In this document: positions 10,368 through 20,107 of the stretch, one piece after another
Position numbering within the stretch: position 1 is the first letter of the stretch
Layout: the number at the start of each line of letters is the position of its first letter
Assembly (NCBI RefSeq): GCF_000008645.1
Contig: NC_000916.1
Span: 510,001-542,000, forward strand
Reading direction: 5' to 3'
Origin: Methanothermobacter thermautotrophicus str. Delta H
Lineage (GTDB): Archaea; Methanobacteriota; Methanobacteria; Methanobacteriales; Methanothermobacteraceae
Length of the DNA: 32,000 nucleotides
Notes under the pieces: model-generated
Told to the model about the DNA's origin: nothing
The model's input: only the letters and a program-made list of their open reading frames with translations
Databases searched by the model: none
Made by a program: the position numbers and the translations under genes

Positions 10368-11318
10368 ATGTACCATGTGAAGTTGATAGGGCCCTCCGAG
10401 AAGGATGAAGTACTCGCTGAACTCTCAGATCTGAGGTTATTTGAGAGGAAGGCCAACCTGCACGGTGCCTGTGTCAAGCTACTGACCGATAACATCTCAT
10501 TCAAGGAGGAATGGGAGGCTAACTTCAAATTCATGAGCGACGATGTGAGGCCCCATGCAAAGGTATTCGCAATCTCAGATGGCGGGGACCTTGAGGTGCT
10601 CTACGAGCCGGTATCAAAAACCGTGATAATCAGGAACTGCGACTACTATGGCTGGGTTAAGAGCATAGCCCCTTGCAGCGGTCTCAGACTTCTTCGAGGA
10701 GTATCACTCAGAGCATCGCCGCTACTCTGTCCACGGTTCAGCCCTTGACAGGAAGGGGGATGGTCTGCCATCATCGGCCCACCCGGGACAGGGAAGACGA
10801 CCCTCACCTACGGCCTCCTCCTTGATAGGGACTACAGCTACATATCAGATGACTGGTTCTTCACCCGCCTCTTTGAGAACGGCGTCCTGGTATACGCCTC
10901 AGAAAAGAACTCCTACATAAGGGATGACATCGGGGATGTCTGGGGTGAGTACTCGGATATCATAAGATCTGTTAAACTTGACAGCATGGGGAGGGGCGTC
11001 GCAGATGTGGGCATGCTCTTCAGGGACAGGATAAGGGACTCCACCACCCTCAAAAGGGTCGTGCTCCTTGAGAGAAACCCTGCAAACCCTCCACTCAGGA
11101 GGCTGAATGCCAGGGAGGGCCTGGAGTACATGGCCGGAAACGACTTCTGCAACCCCCACCAGCTCATACGGGATGAAAGGAAAACAGGACTCAGGAGGGA
11201 CTTCTTCATGGAACTCTTCAGCAGGGTGGATCTGTACATCCTCAACACCATCGAAACACCCAGGGAGAGCCTTGAAAGGCTCAGAAGCCTTGAACATAGT
11301 GGGGAGGTTAAGCAATGA
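10368..11318 (+). pseudogene. HPr-kinase/PEPCK-like P-loop protein with two compensating apparent frameshifts (about 10669-10672 and 10768)
   Basis: Track ORFs 10368-10748 and 10986-11318 are in the same frame. The intervening frame-corrected translation reads SIALAAVSDFFEEYHSEHRRYSVHGSALDRKGDGL(A)IIGPPGTGKTTLTYGLLLDRDYSYISDDWFFTRLFENG, giving Walker A GPPGTGKTT. Confidence 0.75.
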
Positions 11319-11869
11319 AGGTCAGAGCATTCCTTGCAGTTGACCTCGATGAGGGACTGCGGGACCATGTATCCAGGATACAGGATACCCTCAAATCTGC
11401 GGATGCCCAGGTCAAATTCGTTGAACCAGAGAACCTGCACTTCACCCTCAAGTTCTTCGGTGATGTTGGTGAGGGTAAGCTCAGGAGGATAGAGAATGTG
11501 GTGAGGGACACCCTCCGAGGCTATGAGCCCTTTGAAATCAGCATAAGGGGGGCTGGTGTCTTCCCGAACCCCAGATACATACGTGTGGTCTGGCTAGGAG
11601 TTGAAAACCCTGAAACCTTCTCAGATCTTCAGAGGAGCCTTGACATGGAATTCGTGAAGATGGGGTTCCGTCCTGAGAGGGACTACGTACCCCACCTCAC
11701 AGTAGGGAGGGTTAAGGGACCGAGGAACAGGGATAAACTCGCTGAGCTCATAGGGGAACTTCAGAACGTTGAGGTCGGATCAATGAGGGTCAGTGAGGTG
11801 TCCCTCAAGAGGAGTGAACTCACACCTGCAGGGCCAATCTACACTGATATGGAGGTCTTCAGACTTTGA
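11315..11869 (+). CDS. thpR: RNA 2',3'-cyclic phosphodiesterase (2H/LigT family)
   Basis: RAFLAVDLDEGL; two HxT/S-type motifs HFTLKFFGDV and HLTVGRVKG; ATGA overlap with the preceding gene. Confidence 0.9.
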   Translation: MKVRAFLAVDLDEGLRDHVSRIQDTLKSADAQVKFVEPENLHFTLKFFGDVGEGKLRRIENVVRDTLRGYEPFEISIRGAGVFPNPRYIRVVWLGVENPETFSDLQRSLDMEFVKMGFRPERDYVPHLTVGRVKGPRNRDKLAELIGELQNVEVGSMRVSEVSLKRSELTPAGPIYTDMEVFRL

Positions 11870-12009
11870 GGTTCTGATCCGACCCCATGAGTGGCAGAAA
11901 ATTTTTTGATTCATGGCCCCCTATATGGATAGCTGGTGCACTCTCACTCCGGTTCCTATCCTGGATTAGTTTATCTGCAGTTTACTTCAATTCTTCATGG
12001 TGATGATTT

Positions 12010-13374
12010 ATGACCACAGACTACAGCAACATACTCAAAACCATAAAACCCGACGGTGATGAATACCGGAGGGTCATGGAACTATCAGACAGTCTCGTTG
12101 AGTGCCTGAATGGACTCGCAGAGGAACAGGGAATAGACGCCGAGGCCGTCCTCGTGGGTTCAGTTGCCAAGGGGACCTGGCTTTCAGGTGCTGCAGACAT
12201 TGACATATTCATACACTTTCCCCTCACGACCCCAGAGGATGAACTCAAGGAGAGTGGCCTCAGACTCGGCTATGGATGCATAGAGAGGTTCGGTGGTGAA
12301 GCCGAGGAAAGATACGCATCCCACCCCTATGTAACCGGTTACATTGACGGCTATGAGGTGGACTTCGTCCCCTGTTACCGGATAGATGATGCATCCATGT
12401 TAAGGTCGGCCGTTGATCGGACCATACTCCACACAAGATATATACAGGAGAACCTCAGGGATGAGCAGAGAGATGATGTGCTCCTCCTTAAGCAGTTCAT
12501 GAAGTCAACAGGGACCTACGGTTCAGAGTTCCGTGTTGGTGGCTTCGCAGGGTACCTTGCCGAGCTGCTGGTGCTCCGCTACGGCGACTTTGAGGGAGTC
12601 CTCGAGGGTGCCCTTCAGTGGAGGCCCGGATACATAATAGACCTTGAGGGCCACGGGACAGGTAAGGGATTCGAGGATCCCCTGGTGGTGGTTGACCCTG
12701 TTGATAGAAACAGAAACGTTGCAGCGGCCCTGACACTCCAGAGGATGGCTGAATTTGTAACCGCATCCCTGAACTTCCTGGGGAACCCGAGCCCAGAGTA
12801 CTTTCAACCCCCCAGCTACTCCACAGATGCCGCTGAAATAACCGGGACCCTCAGCTGCAGGGGTTCCAGGGTCATCGTCATCTCAACGGGAGTCCCGGAT
12901 GTACCCTCAGATGCCCTCTACCCCCAGCTGAGGAAGACCCTTGATTCTGTGGTTAAGAACCTTGAGGCGGAGGGTTTCTCTGTCCTGGGAGCTGACTACT
13001 GGAGTGATGAGAGCAAGTCAACATTTATGGTCCTTGAGATGGATGTATGGGAGCTCCCTTCATACCTGAAGAGGTATGGTCCCCCTGTATGGTCCCGACG
13101 CCACAGGGAGAGATTCCTCAGGAAGCATGAGAGGGTCTGGGTTGAGGGATCCAGGCTCACCATAGAATCCCCCAGGAGGCACAGATCCGCAGTTTCATAT
13201 CTGAGGGACCTGCTTTCAAAGCCGGATAGGCTGAGGATGGGTAAACATATAGGGGTGGAGATCAGGAGGGGCTTCAGTGTTGATCTCCTTGATGATGTAA
13301 TCGGAGAAGCTGAAAAGGAATTTCTGGAGTTCATGGATGCATTCCTGAACCCCTGGAAGGCCCTTGAAAGATGA
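12010..13374 (+). CDS. cca: archaeal (class I) CCA tRNA nucleotidyltransferase
   Basis: VLVGSVAKGTWLSGAADIDIFIHFPLTT; RYASHPYVTGYIDGYEVDFVPCYRI; VLLLKQFMKSTGTYGSEFRVGGFAGYLAELLVLRYG. Confidence 0.92.
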   Translation: MTTDYSNILKTIKPDGDEYRRVMELSDSLVECLNGLAEEQGIDAEAVLVGSVAKGTWLSGAADIDIFIHFPLTTPEDELKESGLRLGYGCIERFGGEAEERYASHPYVTGYIDGYEVDFVPCYRIDDASMLRSAVDRTILHTRYIQENLRDEQRDDVLLLKQFMKSTGTYGSEFRVGGFAGYLAELLVLRYGDFEGVLEGALQWRPGYIIDLEGHGTGKGFEDPLVVVDPVDRNRNVAAALTLQRMAEFVTASLNFLGNPSPEYFQPPSYSTDAAEITGTLSCRGSRVIVISTGVPDVPSDALYPQLRKTLDSVVKNLEAEGFSVLGADYWSDESKSTFMVLEMDVWELPSYLKRYGPPVWSRRHRERFLRKHERVWVEGSRLTIESPRRHRSAVSYLRDLLSKPDRLRMGKHIGVEIRRGFSVDLLDDVIGEAEKEFLEFMDAFLNPWKALER

Positions 13375-13410
13375 TCCCATAACCCCCTACTATCTACTAA
13401 CCCGGAAAGG

Positions 13411-14415
13411 CTATTCCCTCTCATCCACAAACCTGGGGACAGCGCTCTTAAGGGGGTCAAAGGTCTCAGGATTTTTAACTTCCATGCAGATCATGCTGAC
13501 CTTTGAGTGCAGTGATGTTGGGAGTCTCAGTATCCTCTTGAGGTCAATGGTCACCTTGGCATCAAGCATCCTCATGTTAATCTTCGATATCCCCTTAACA
13601 AGTCTCGGGTAAACCCTGGGACCGATCACTGACCTGAACTCCCCCCACCTGTCCTCAAGGATGAGGTTCCTGTTCCTGACTGCAGTCTTAACTGTCCTTG
13701 CAGTGACATCCTCGATATCCTCATCACCCCTCAGGTGAAGAAGCACATGCCTTGCCCTCTCAGTGAATACCCTGTGATATCCCAGTGGTATGGAGAAGTG
13801 CTCCATTTCATAGGATGATACCCCATCGGTAAACTTCCTCCGCGGCTCCCTTGCACCTGCGGTGTACCGCAGTATCTCAGCCCTCACCTCCGAGCCGAGC
13901 TCCATGACCTCGGGGTCGAGGACCCTAACATGGTAGCCCCTCCCTGAGTATATGACATGGATGTCGCCCAGGCCCAGGTCCCCCTTCAGGGTGTCAACCA
14001 TCATGAGGACCAGTTCCCTTGCCTCATCAAGGCATGTGGGGCATACACCGTCACACTCACATGATCTCACAGGGAGGTCCTTGGCATCAACATCGAATAT
14101 GAGTTCGGACCGCTGCCACCCCTTCCTCTTCCAGGGTTCCCTGTAGAACGCCACCGAGGAGTATGCTGCGAATGGGTAACGGACCCTCATGAACCTTGCC
14201 AGACTCCTCTCATCCCTGAAGACCCTGTACCTGTCACTGGGTCCCCTGCCATTGTGGTCGAACCCGAATTCCCTCATATGGAGGTTATCAGCTATGAAGT
14301 CAGGAAGGTCCCTGACATTCCACTCCTCACGGTAGTACCTCTTCCTCTCAAGGGGTGTTGCCGGTTCGAACATGGGCATCATTCCTCCTTCTCCCCGCTT
14401 GATCTGAGCTTCCAC
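13411..14415 (-). CDS. priS: DNA primase small (catalytic) subunit
   Basis: YYREEWNVRDLP; LIFDVDAKDLPVRSCECDGVCPTCLDEA (DxD plus Zn cluster); IHVIYSGRGYHVRVLD. True start probably within the first residues (ATG near 14382). Confidence 0.92.
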   Translation of the reverse strand: MEAQIKRGEGGMMPMFEPATPLERKRYYREEWNVRDLPDFIADNLHMREFGFDHNGRGPSDRYRVFRDERSLARFMRVRYPFAAYSSVAFYREPWKRKGWQRSELIFDVDAKDLPVRSCECDGVCPTCLDEARELVLMMVDTLKGDLGLGDIHVIYSGRGYHVRVLDPEVMELGSEVRAEILRYTAGAREPRRKFTDGVSSYEMEHFSIPLGYHRVFTERARHVLLHLRGDEDIEDVTARTVKTAVRNRNLILEDRWGEFRSVIGPRVYPRLVKGISKINMRMLDAKVTIDLKRILRLPTSLHSKVSMICMEVKNPETFDPLKSAVPRFVDERE

Positions 14416-15683
14416 CTCTTCCTGTTGTAGTAGGTCAGAGGATTGGAGATGCTGCTGCAGAGTTTATCAGGTCTGCAGAGGTCCGGGAGGTGTATTTTGA
14501 TCTTCTCACAGCTCATGGGCGTATACCATTTGCTTTCGCCCTCATTTTCCAGTTCAGGCATGTCGTGGACACCGAAGCCCAGCTTTGCAGTTATGTTCAG
14601 TTTCTCCTGTGGATCGTCCTCAAAGAGGGGTGGTTCGCATCTATCTGCGGCATCATAGATCACTGGCAGTATCTCCCCCAGGGTTATCCTGAGGTCGGGG
14701 TCAAGGTCAGAGACCTTCATGGGGGTCCTGTCCCTGAAGACCGATGGGTAGAGGCGTGCATAGGATATGAATGACGTTAGAAGGAGTACTATGGCGTCGT
14801 TCCTGTTGCCGGACCTAACCCCATCCAGTGTCCCCCTTATGCATGGCGGGAAGGCCTCCTGGACAAGCTTACCGGGTCTTGCAGATTTAACAGGGCCTCC
14901 TGTGAATGACATTATCTCCTCAACGGTCTCCCTTATCCTTTCTGCTGTTTCAAGTATGAGGGGGTGGACCTCCACCGTTGAACTCATCTCCCTGACCATC
15001 CCTATGTACTCCTCTGTCCTCTGCATTATCATGCGGGATATCATCGTCTCCCTGACCTCAAGACCTACGAGGATGTCGTAGAGCCTGTCAGGACTCCGGT
15101 CCCTTATACTGTCCTGGAAGCTGGTTATGAATTCGTCCCTGTCTATTATGACCCTCCCCTCCTTGAGGATGAGGTCTGTGAGCTTCAGTTTCCCTGAACC
15201 GAGGAGGTCGGCCAGCTCCGTCCACCTGAGGCCCTCTGAACCCAGTTCATAGAGAACCTCAGCCATGATCTCCTCCCTTTCACCCCCAAAGACGTTGAGG
15301 CGGTCCTCCACCATGGCCCCTGCAGACTCAACCACCAGCCTCGCCTCCCTTGAGGCCTTCATGAATCCAGCGCCTGCTGCCTGGGCAAGGATATAGAAGG
15401 CCAGCACATCGTACTCCTCAATCTCAGGGTTCATAAGGTAGGCGTAGTCTCTGTGGTTGAAGTCCTTTCTCTGTCTCCTGAGGTACCATTCGAGGCGTTT
15501 AACTGCAAGTTCAGCGATGCTGGCCGGGAGGAGTGAATTGTCTGCAAGGTTCTGTCCGCGTGTGCGCCTCCCTATCTCAAGGAGCTCATCCCTTGTATCG
15601 TCTATGGTGTCCAGTGATCCGTATTTCCTCACGATTTCCCTGGCATCCTCTGAGAAGGGGTTTATGAAGAGTGAAGATACCAT
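14379..15683 (-). CDS. priL: DNA primase large subunit
   Basis: FINPFSEDAREIVRKYGSLD; DVLAFYILAQAAG; CIRGTLDGVRSGNRNDAIVLLLTSFISY; Fe-S cysteines CEKIKIHLPDLCRPDKLCSSISNPLTYY; overlaps priS. Confidence 0.92.
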   Translation of the reverse strand: MVSSLFINPFSEDAREIVRKYGSLDTIDDTRDELLEIGRRTRGQNLADNSLLPASIAELAVKRLEWYLRRQRKDFNHRDYAYLMNPEIEEYDVLAFYILAQAAGAGFMKASREARLVVESAGAMVEDRLNVFGGEREEIMAEVLYELGSEGLRWTELADLLGSGKLKLTDLILKEGRVIIDRDEFITSFQDSIRDRSPDRLYDILVGLEVRETMISRMIMQRTEEYIGMVREMSSTVEVHPLILETAERIRETVEEIMSFTGGPVKSARPGKLVQEAFPPCIRGTLDGVRSGNRNDAIVLLLTSFISYARLYPSVFRDRTPMKVSDLDPDLRITLGEILPVIYDAADRCEPPLFEDDPQEKLNITAKLGFGVHDMPELENEGESKWYTPMSCEKIKIHLPDLCRPDKLCSSISNPLTYYNRKRWKLRSSGEKEE

Positions 15684-15692
15684 GTTTAAATC

Positions 15693-15836
15693 TTATACCG
15701 GTTGACCCATAAAGGTATCGAAGTGTTCCATCACATCGAACCGCAGTTTTGGGCATGCTGATCTGGCCTTGAGGTTGTGGTTTCCCTGAATCCAGTACCT
15801 CAGCGGCGTGTTGCCGTGATTATGACCGCAAGACAT
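15693..15836 (-). CDS. candidate 47-aa small protein upstream of priL (MSCGHNHGNTPLRYWIQGNHNLKARSACPKLRFDVMEHFDTFMGQPV)
   Basis: ATG 15836 to TAA 15693; the TAA is about 9 nt from the priL ATG. A TATA-like CTATATAAATTTATTT lies just upstream. Below the 60-aa cutoff, so absent from the ORF track. Confidence 0.4.
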   Translation of the reverse strand: MSCGHNHGNTPLRYWIQGNHNLKARSACPKLRFDVMEHFDTFMGQPV

Positions 15837-15840
15837 GGAC

Positions 15841-15860
15841 TCAAATAAATTTATATAGAA
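15841..15860. promoter_or_regulatory. near-palindromic TATA element in the divergent priL/metG intergenic region
   Basis: aaataaatttatatag reads TTTATATA on + and CTATATAAATTT on -; sits between divergent transcription units. Confidence 0.5.
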
Positions 15861-15946
15861 GTAAACCGTAAATTAAACTGGATTTAATTGCCTTAAATCG
15901 ACCCGTCTTATTCTGATCTGGTTCATGATTCAAGGAGGAGTTTGAG

Positions 15947-17902
15947 TTGAGTAAAGTATTTATCACCTGCGCACTTCCATATGCCAACGGCCCCACGCAT
16001 CTCGGTCATCTGAGGTCAACCTACATACCTGCAGACATATATGCGAGGTACCGGAGACTCAGGGGCGATGATGTCCTCTTCGTCTGTGCCACCGATGAAC
16101 ACGGAACTCCCATAGCCGTGAAGGCAGAGGCCGAGGGCAGGACCCCCCTGGAGGTCGCCACCCGCTACCATGAAATGATAAGGGGGGACCTTGAGAGGTG
16201 TGACATATCCTTTGACAGTTTCACCAGGACCACAGATGAGCTCCACCACGAGATAGCCCAGAAATTCTTCCTTAAACTCTACGAGAAGGGCTTCATATAT
16301 GAGAAGGACATAAAACAGCTCTACTGTGGGGACTGCCAGCGATTCCTCCCTGACAGGTACGTTGAGGGCACCTGCCCCTACTGTGGAAGTGAGGGTGCGC
16401 GTGGAGACCACTGCGAGGGCTGTGGAAGGCACCTTGAGCCGCTCCAGCTTGAGGATCCGCGCTGTATGGTATGCGGGTCAGAACCAGAGGTCAGGGACTC
16501 CCGGCACTACTTCTTCCGCCTGAACCAGTTCCAGGATGAAATCAGGGAGTGGATCGAGGGCTCAGAGATGCCATCAAATGTGAGAAATTACGCCATCCAG
16601 TGGCTCCGCGAGGGCCTGAAGGACTGGATACTCACAAGGGACATGGAATGGGGTGTCCAGGTACCACTGGAGGGGAACGAGGGTAAGATCATATACGTGT
16701 GGGGTGAGGCCTTCCTTGGCTACATCTCATCTGCAGCCGCCTGGAGCAAAAAAACCGGGAGGGACTGGAGAGAATACTGGGACTCCGGCGCCATCCACTT
16801 CATCGGAAAGGACATAATATACCACCACGCCATATTCTGGCCAGCCCTCCTGATGGCGTATGGCTGCAGGACCCCCGCGAACATAATAGCCGGGGAGTAC
16901 CTGTCACTTGAGGGCCAGAAGATGTCCACCAGTAAAAACTGGGTGGTCTGGACATCAGACTTCCTTGAAAGGTTTGACAGGGACCTTCTCAGGTACTACC
17001 TCACCGTCAACGCACCCCTCACCAGGGACACTGACTTCTCATGGGACGACTTCCAGAGGAGGGTTAACGATGAACTGGCCGATGTCCTCGGGAACTTCCT
17101 GCACAGGACCTTCTCATTCACAGGTAGGTTCTTTGACGGGAGGGTCCCGGCTGCAGGTGAACTTACAGCTGAGGACCTGGAATTCCTTGAATCAATCAGG
17201 GCCGCCCACGACACCGTCGCTGAACTCCTGGACAAATTCCAGTTCAGGGATGCCCTGATGCACATAATCAAACTTGCCAAGAGGGGTAACAAGTACTTCA
17301 ATGACCAGGAACCCTGGAAGGCCGTTAAGGAGTCACCCGCCAGGGCCTCAACCTGCCTCCACCTCTGCAATCTCCTGGCAGCCAACCTCGGGAAACTCTT
17401 GAGGCCATTCATGCCATCAGCAGCAGGCAGGATACTCTCCATCATGAACCTGGAGGATGAAGCCTGGGGATTCCATGAACTCAGGGAGGGACAGGTGATA
17501 GAGAGGGCGAAGCCCCTCTTCTCCAAGATAACTGACGAGGCAATTGAGGAGGAGAAAGCAAAACTCATTGAGGAGGATGATGAAGTGGAAACCGTGACAA
17601 TCGACGACTTTACAACTATGGACATAAGGGTTGGCGTGATAAGATCAGCCGAGCGAATAGAGGGATCAGACAAGCTCCTGAAGCTCATAATAGATGTGGG
17701 TGAGAGGGAGATGCAGGTTGTTGCAGGACTTGCAGAGAAATACAGCCCCGAAGATCTTGTTGAGAGGAAGATTACAGTGCTTGTGAACCTCAAACCCGCG
17801 AAACTCTTCGGTGTGAAGTCAGAGGGCATGGTACTTGCAACAGGAGAATCCCTCAACATACTCGACCCCGGGGACGCCGAAGTCGGTGAAAGGATAAGGT
17901 GA
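15947..17902 (+). CDS. metG: methionyl-tRNA synthetase with C-terminal EMAP/tRNA-binding domain
   Basis: TTG start; [22 protein letters not shown] (HIGH), KMSTSKNW (KMSKS), C-terminal [33 protein letters not shown]...[12 protein letters not shown]. Confidence 0.95.
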
Positions 17903-17939
17903 GTGGAAGGCCCTGTACCCTGTGTCTGGAGAATGATAA

Positions 17940-19517
17940 ATGAATGAATCAGGTCTCATTGCAAGGTCAGAGAGGTTCCTTGAGAGCATAAAGGACAGGA
18001 AGGTTTCGCTGGATGATTTAAAGTCCGTGGAAGGATTCATTGACCTGTACACATACCTGCGGGGGAACCTCGAGGAACTTCAGGATCTCAAGGAGGCCAT
18101 GGAGCTGCGGGGATTCAAGTATCCCTTCAGGTCAATATCAGGGTACAGCAGTCAGTACTCCCCTGAAATCGCTGAGGACGTCCATGATATTAAAAGGCAC
18201 GCCCAGTACTTCCGGATGAAGGCCTCTACAAAGAAGAACCTCCTTGACAGGGTGAACTCCGCCATATCATCCCACAGGATAGCCCTCGGGAACCTTGAGG
18301 AGTACGCCCTCCTGCAGTGCCCTGACTGCTCAAGGTCCCTCCGGCTTTCTGAGGTTGAATACCAGGACATCCTGGATGGTGTGATGTGCCCATGTGGCTC
18401 GGGTAGGATGGAGATTGAATTCAGCGGATCTGCCATCTGCCGGCCTGAAATAATACCCCACCTCCCCCTCTCAGGTGACTACATGGTCAAGATGTCAGAG
18501 CTGAGCCTCTGGGCCAGGAAGGCCTTCAAGAAGATAATGAGGCTCTTCAAGAACGAGAAGAAGGGGGCCGTGAGATCAGCCACCCTCGTGATAAAGGTCC
18601 TTGAGGATGGGAGGTGGATAAGAAGGCGCATAACCATTGACAGTGACGATAACGACTATGAGAGGATGCTGAGGCAGAGGTACGGTCCAAACGTGAGGAT
18701 AGAACTGATACAGTTCCACAGGAAGAAATCCAGCATAATAAACGATCGCTACACAAGGACAGCCCTTGCCCTTGGATACGCCGGCCTCTCACATGACATA
18801 ATAATGGATATAAAGGAGAGGGTCTACAGTGAGAAGCTGCGGGACTATGATGCTGTGAAGAGATACAGGAGGATACTCTTCGAGGCCAGGACCTATTCAC
18901 CTGATCTGAGGCTCTCAGAGGATGAACTGCAGGAGGTCAGGGTGCAGAAGATGCATGATCTACTTCATGAGGCAGGTCTCGGTGACTCCGGGGGGAGGTT
19001 AAACCGGGAACTCAGGGAGGACCTTGAGGTGATGGAGGAGGTTAAGAGGGAACTCTTCAGGGACGTCCCTGTGAACCTCGTCCTATGGGACGTTGCCCTA
19101 TACTACCTGGGCACATCACTGGACAGAAGGTCAAAGCACGCAGGGCCCTTCCCGAACCTGCGGCCGGTCCTTGACAGGAGCCAGGTGAGGACCTTCGATG
19201 AGCTCAGCAGGGACGCTGTGGATCTTCTCAACACATGCTGGGAGGGGGGAATGGTCTACATCGATAAACTCGGGGATGTTCTTCTTAAGAAGTTTGAGAT
19301 CGAGGATAAGATGAAGGGACTCCATATGAAACCGAACCCACTCGCCTTCGGTGCCGCTGTGCTCCACATGGAGGGTGAAGCTGACATTGAAACCTGCGCT
19401 GAGATCTTCCATGTCAGGGTGGAGGAGGTTGTTGAGGAGAAGAGGAACATAGAGAACCTGGGTAAGCCCTCAACGGACCGTGCAAAGATGTTCCTAAATC
19501 TCATAAAAGGTGATTGA
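17940..19517 (+). CDS. DUF530-like conserved methanogen protein with zinc-ribbon-like cysteines
   Basis: Long intact ORF; CPDCSRSLRLSEVEYQDILDGVMCPCG cysteine cluster; assignment to DUF530 from memory of this family. Confidence 0.6.
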   Translation: MNESGLIARSERFLESIKDRKVSLDDLKSVEGFIDLYTYLRGNLEELQDLKEAMELRGFKYPFRSISGYSSQYSPEIAEDVHDIKRHAQYFRMKASTKKNLLDRVNSAISSHRIALGNLEEYALLQCPDCSRSLRLSEVEYQDILDGVMCPCGSGRMEIEFSGSAICRPEIIPHLPLSGDYMVKMSELSLWARKAFKKIMRLFKNEKKGAVRSATLVIKVLEDGRWIRRRITIDSDDNDYERMLRQRYGPNVRIELIQFHRKKSSIINDRYTRTALALGYAGLSHDIIMDIKERVYSEKLRDYDAVKRYRRILFEARTYSPDLRLSEDELQEVRVQKMHDLLHEAGLGDSGGRLNRELREDLEVMEEVKRELFRDVPVNLVLWDVALYYLGTSLDRRSKHAGPFPNLRPVLDRSQVRTFDELSRDAVDLLNTCWEGGMVYIDKLGDVLLKKFEIEDKMKGLHMKPNPLAFGAAVLHMEGEADIETCAEIFHVRVEEVVEEKRNIENLGKPSTDRAKMFLNLIKGD

Positions 19518-19521
19518 TCCC

Positions 19522-19986
19522 ATGGCAGAGAAAATTCACGTGAATCAGCCGCTGACCTCAAGGAGGATAATAGAACTCCTTGAGAAGAACCCCGACCTCA
19601 AGGAGATCACCTGCCCAATAAGTCTCTATCACCGGACCTCAAGGAGGTACCTTGACGCCCTTGAGGAACTTGGAGTTAATGTGAGTCCCGTGAAGAGAAT
19701 TGGAAGGCCGCGGAAGTACACAGATAATGATGTTAAGCTGGTTCAGAGCCTCCTGAAGGAGGGTAAAACTCCAAAGCAGATTTCCGGGATTACAAACATA
19801 CCCCTCAAAACGGTATACTACCTCAAGGGTGACATTAAACTCAAAAGGGGTAAGAAGAGGAAGTATGATAGGAACACCCGTCTCAGGGTCCGTGAGATGG
19901 CCAGGAATGGTATGCCCGCAAGGAAGATCTCAAAGGACCTTGGGATACCCCTCCGAACAGTTTACTACATTCTGAAGAACGGCTGA
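19522..19986 (+). CDS. DNA-binding protein with internally duplicated resolvase-like HTH
   Basis: Two similar HTHs (GKTPKQISGITNIPLKTVYYLKGD and GMPARKISKDLGIPLRTVYYILKNG) plus an AT-hook-like RIGRPRKY. Track ORF start 19510 overlaps the upstream gene. Confidence 0.65.
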   Translation: MAEKIHVNQPLTSRRIIELLEKNPDLKEITCPISLYHRTSRRYLDALEELGVNVSPVKRIGRPRKYTDNDVKLVQSLLKEGKTPKQISGITNIPLKTVYYLKGDIKLKRGKKRKYDRNTRLRVREMARNGMPARKISKDLGIPLRTVYYILKNG

Positions 19987-20107
19987 TTAAATAGTAAAGG
20001 TTACGTTAAGATGGATTACCCCGGTTATGATCCTCCAAAGAACGGCTGATGAAACCAAAAATGTATAAACCAGAGGGTGTTAATGAAAAGTATAACCTTT
20101 AAATTCT

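Noticed and set aside
16996-17859. 287-aa ORF on the minus strand
   Set aside because: Fully antisense to the C-terminal half of metG, low-complexity Ser/Leu-rich translation typical of shadow ORFs.
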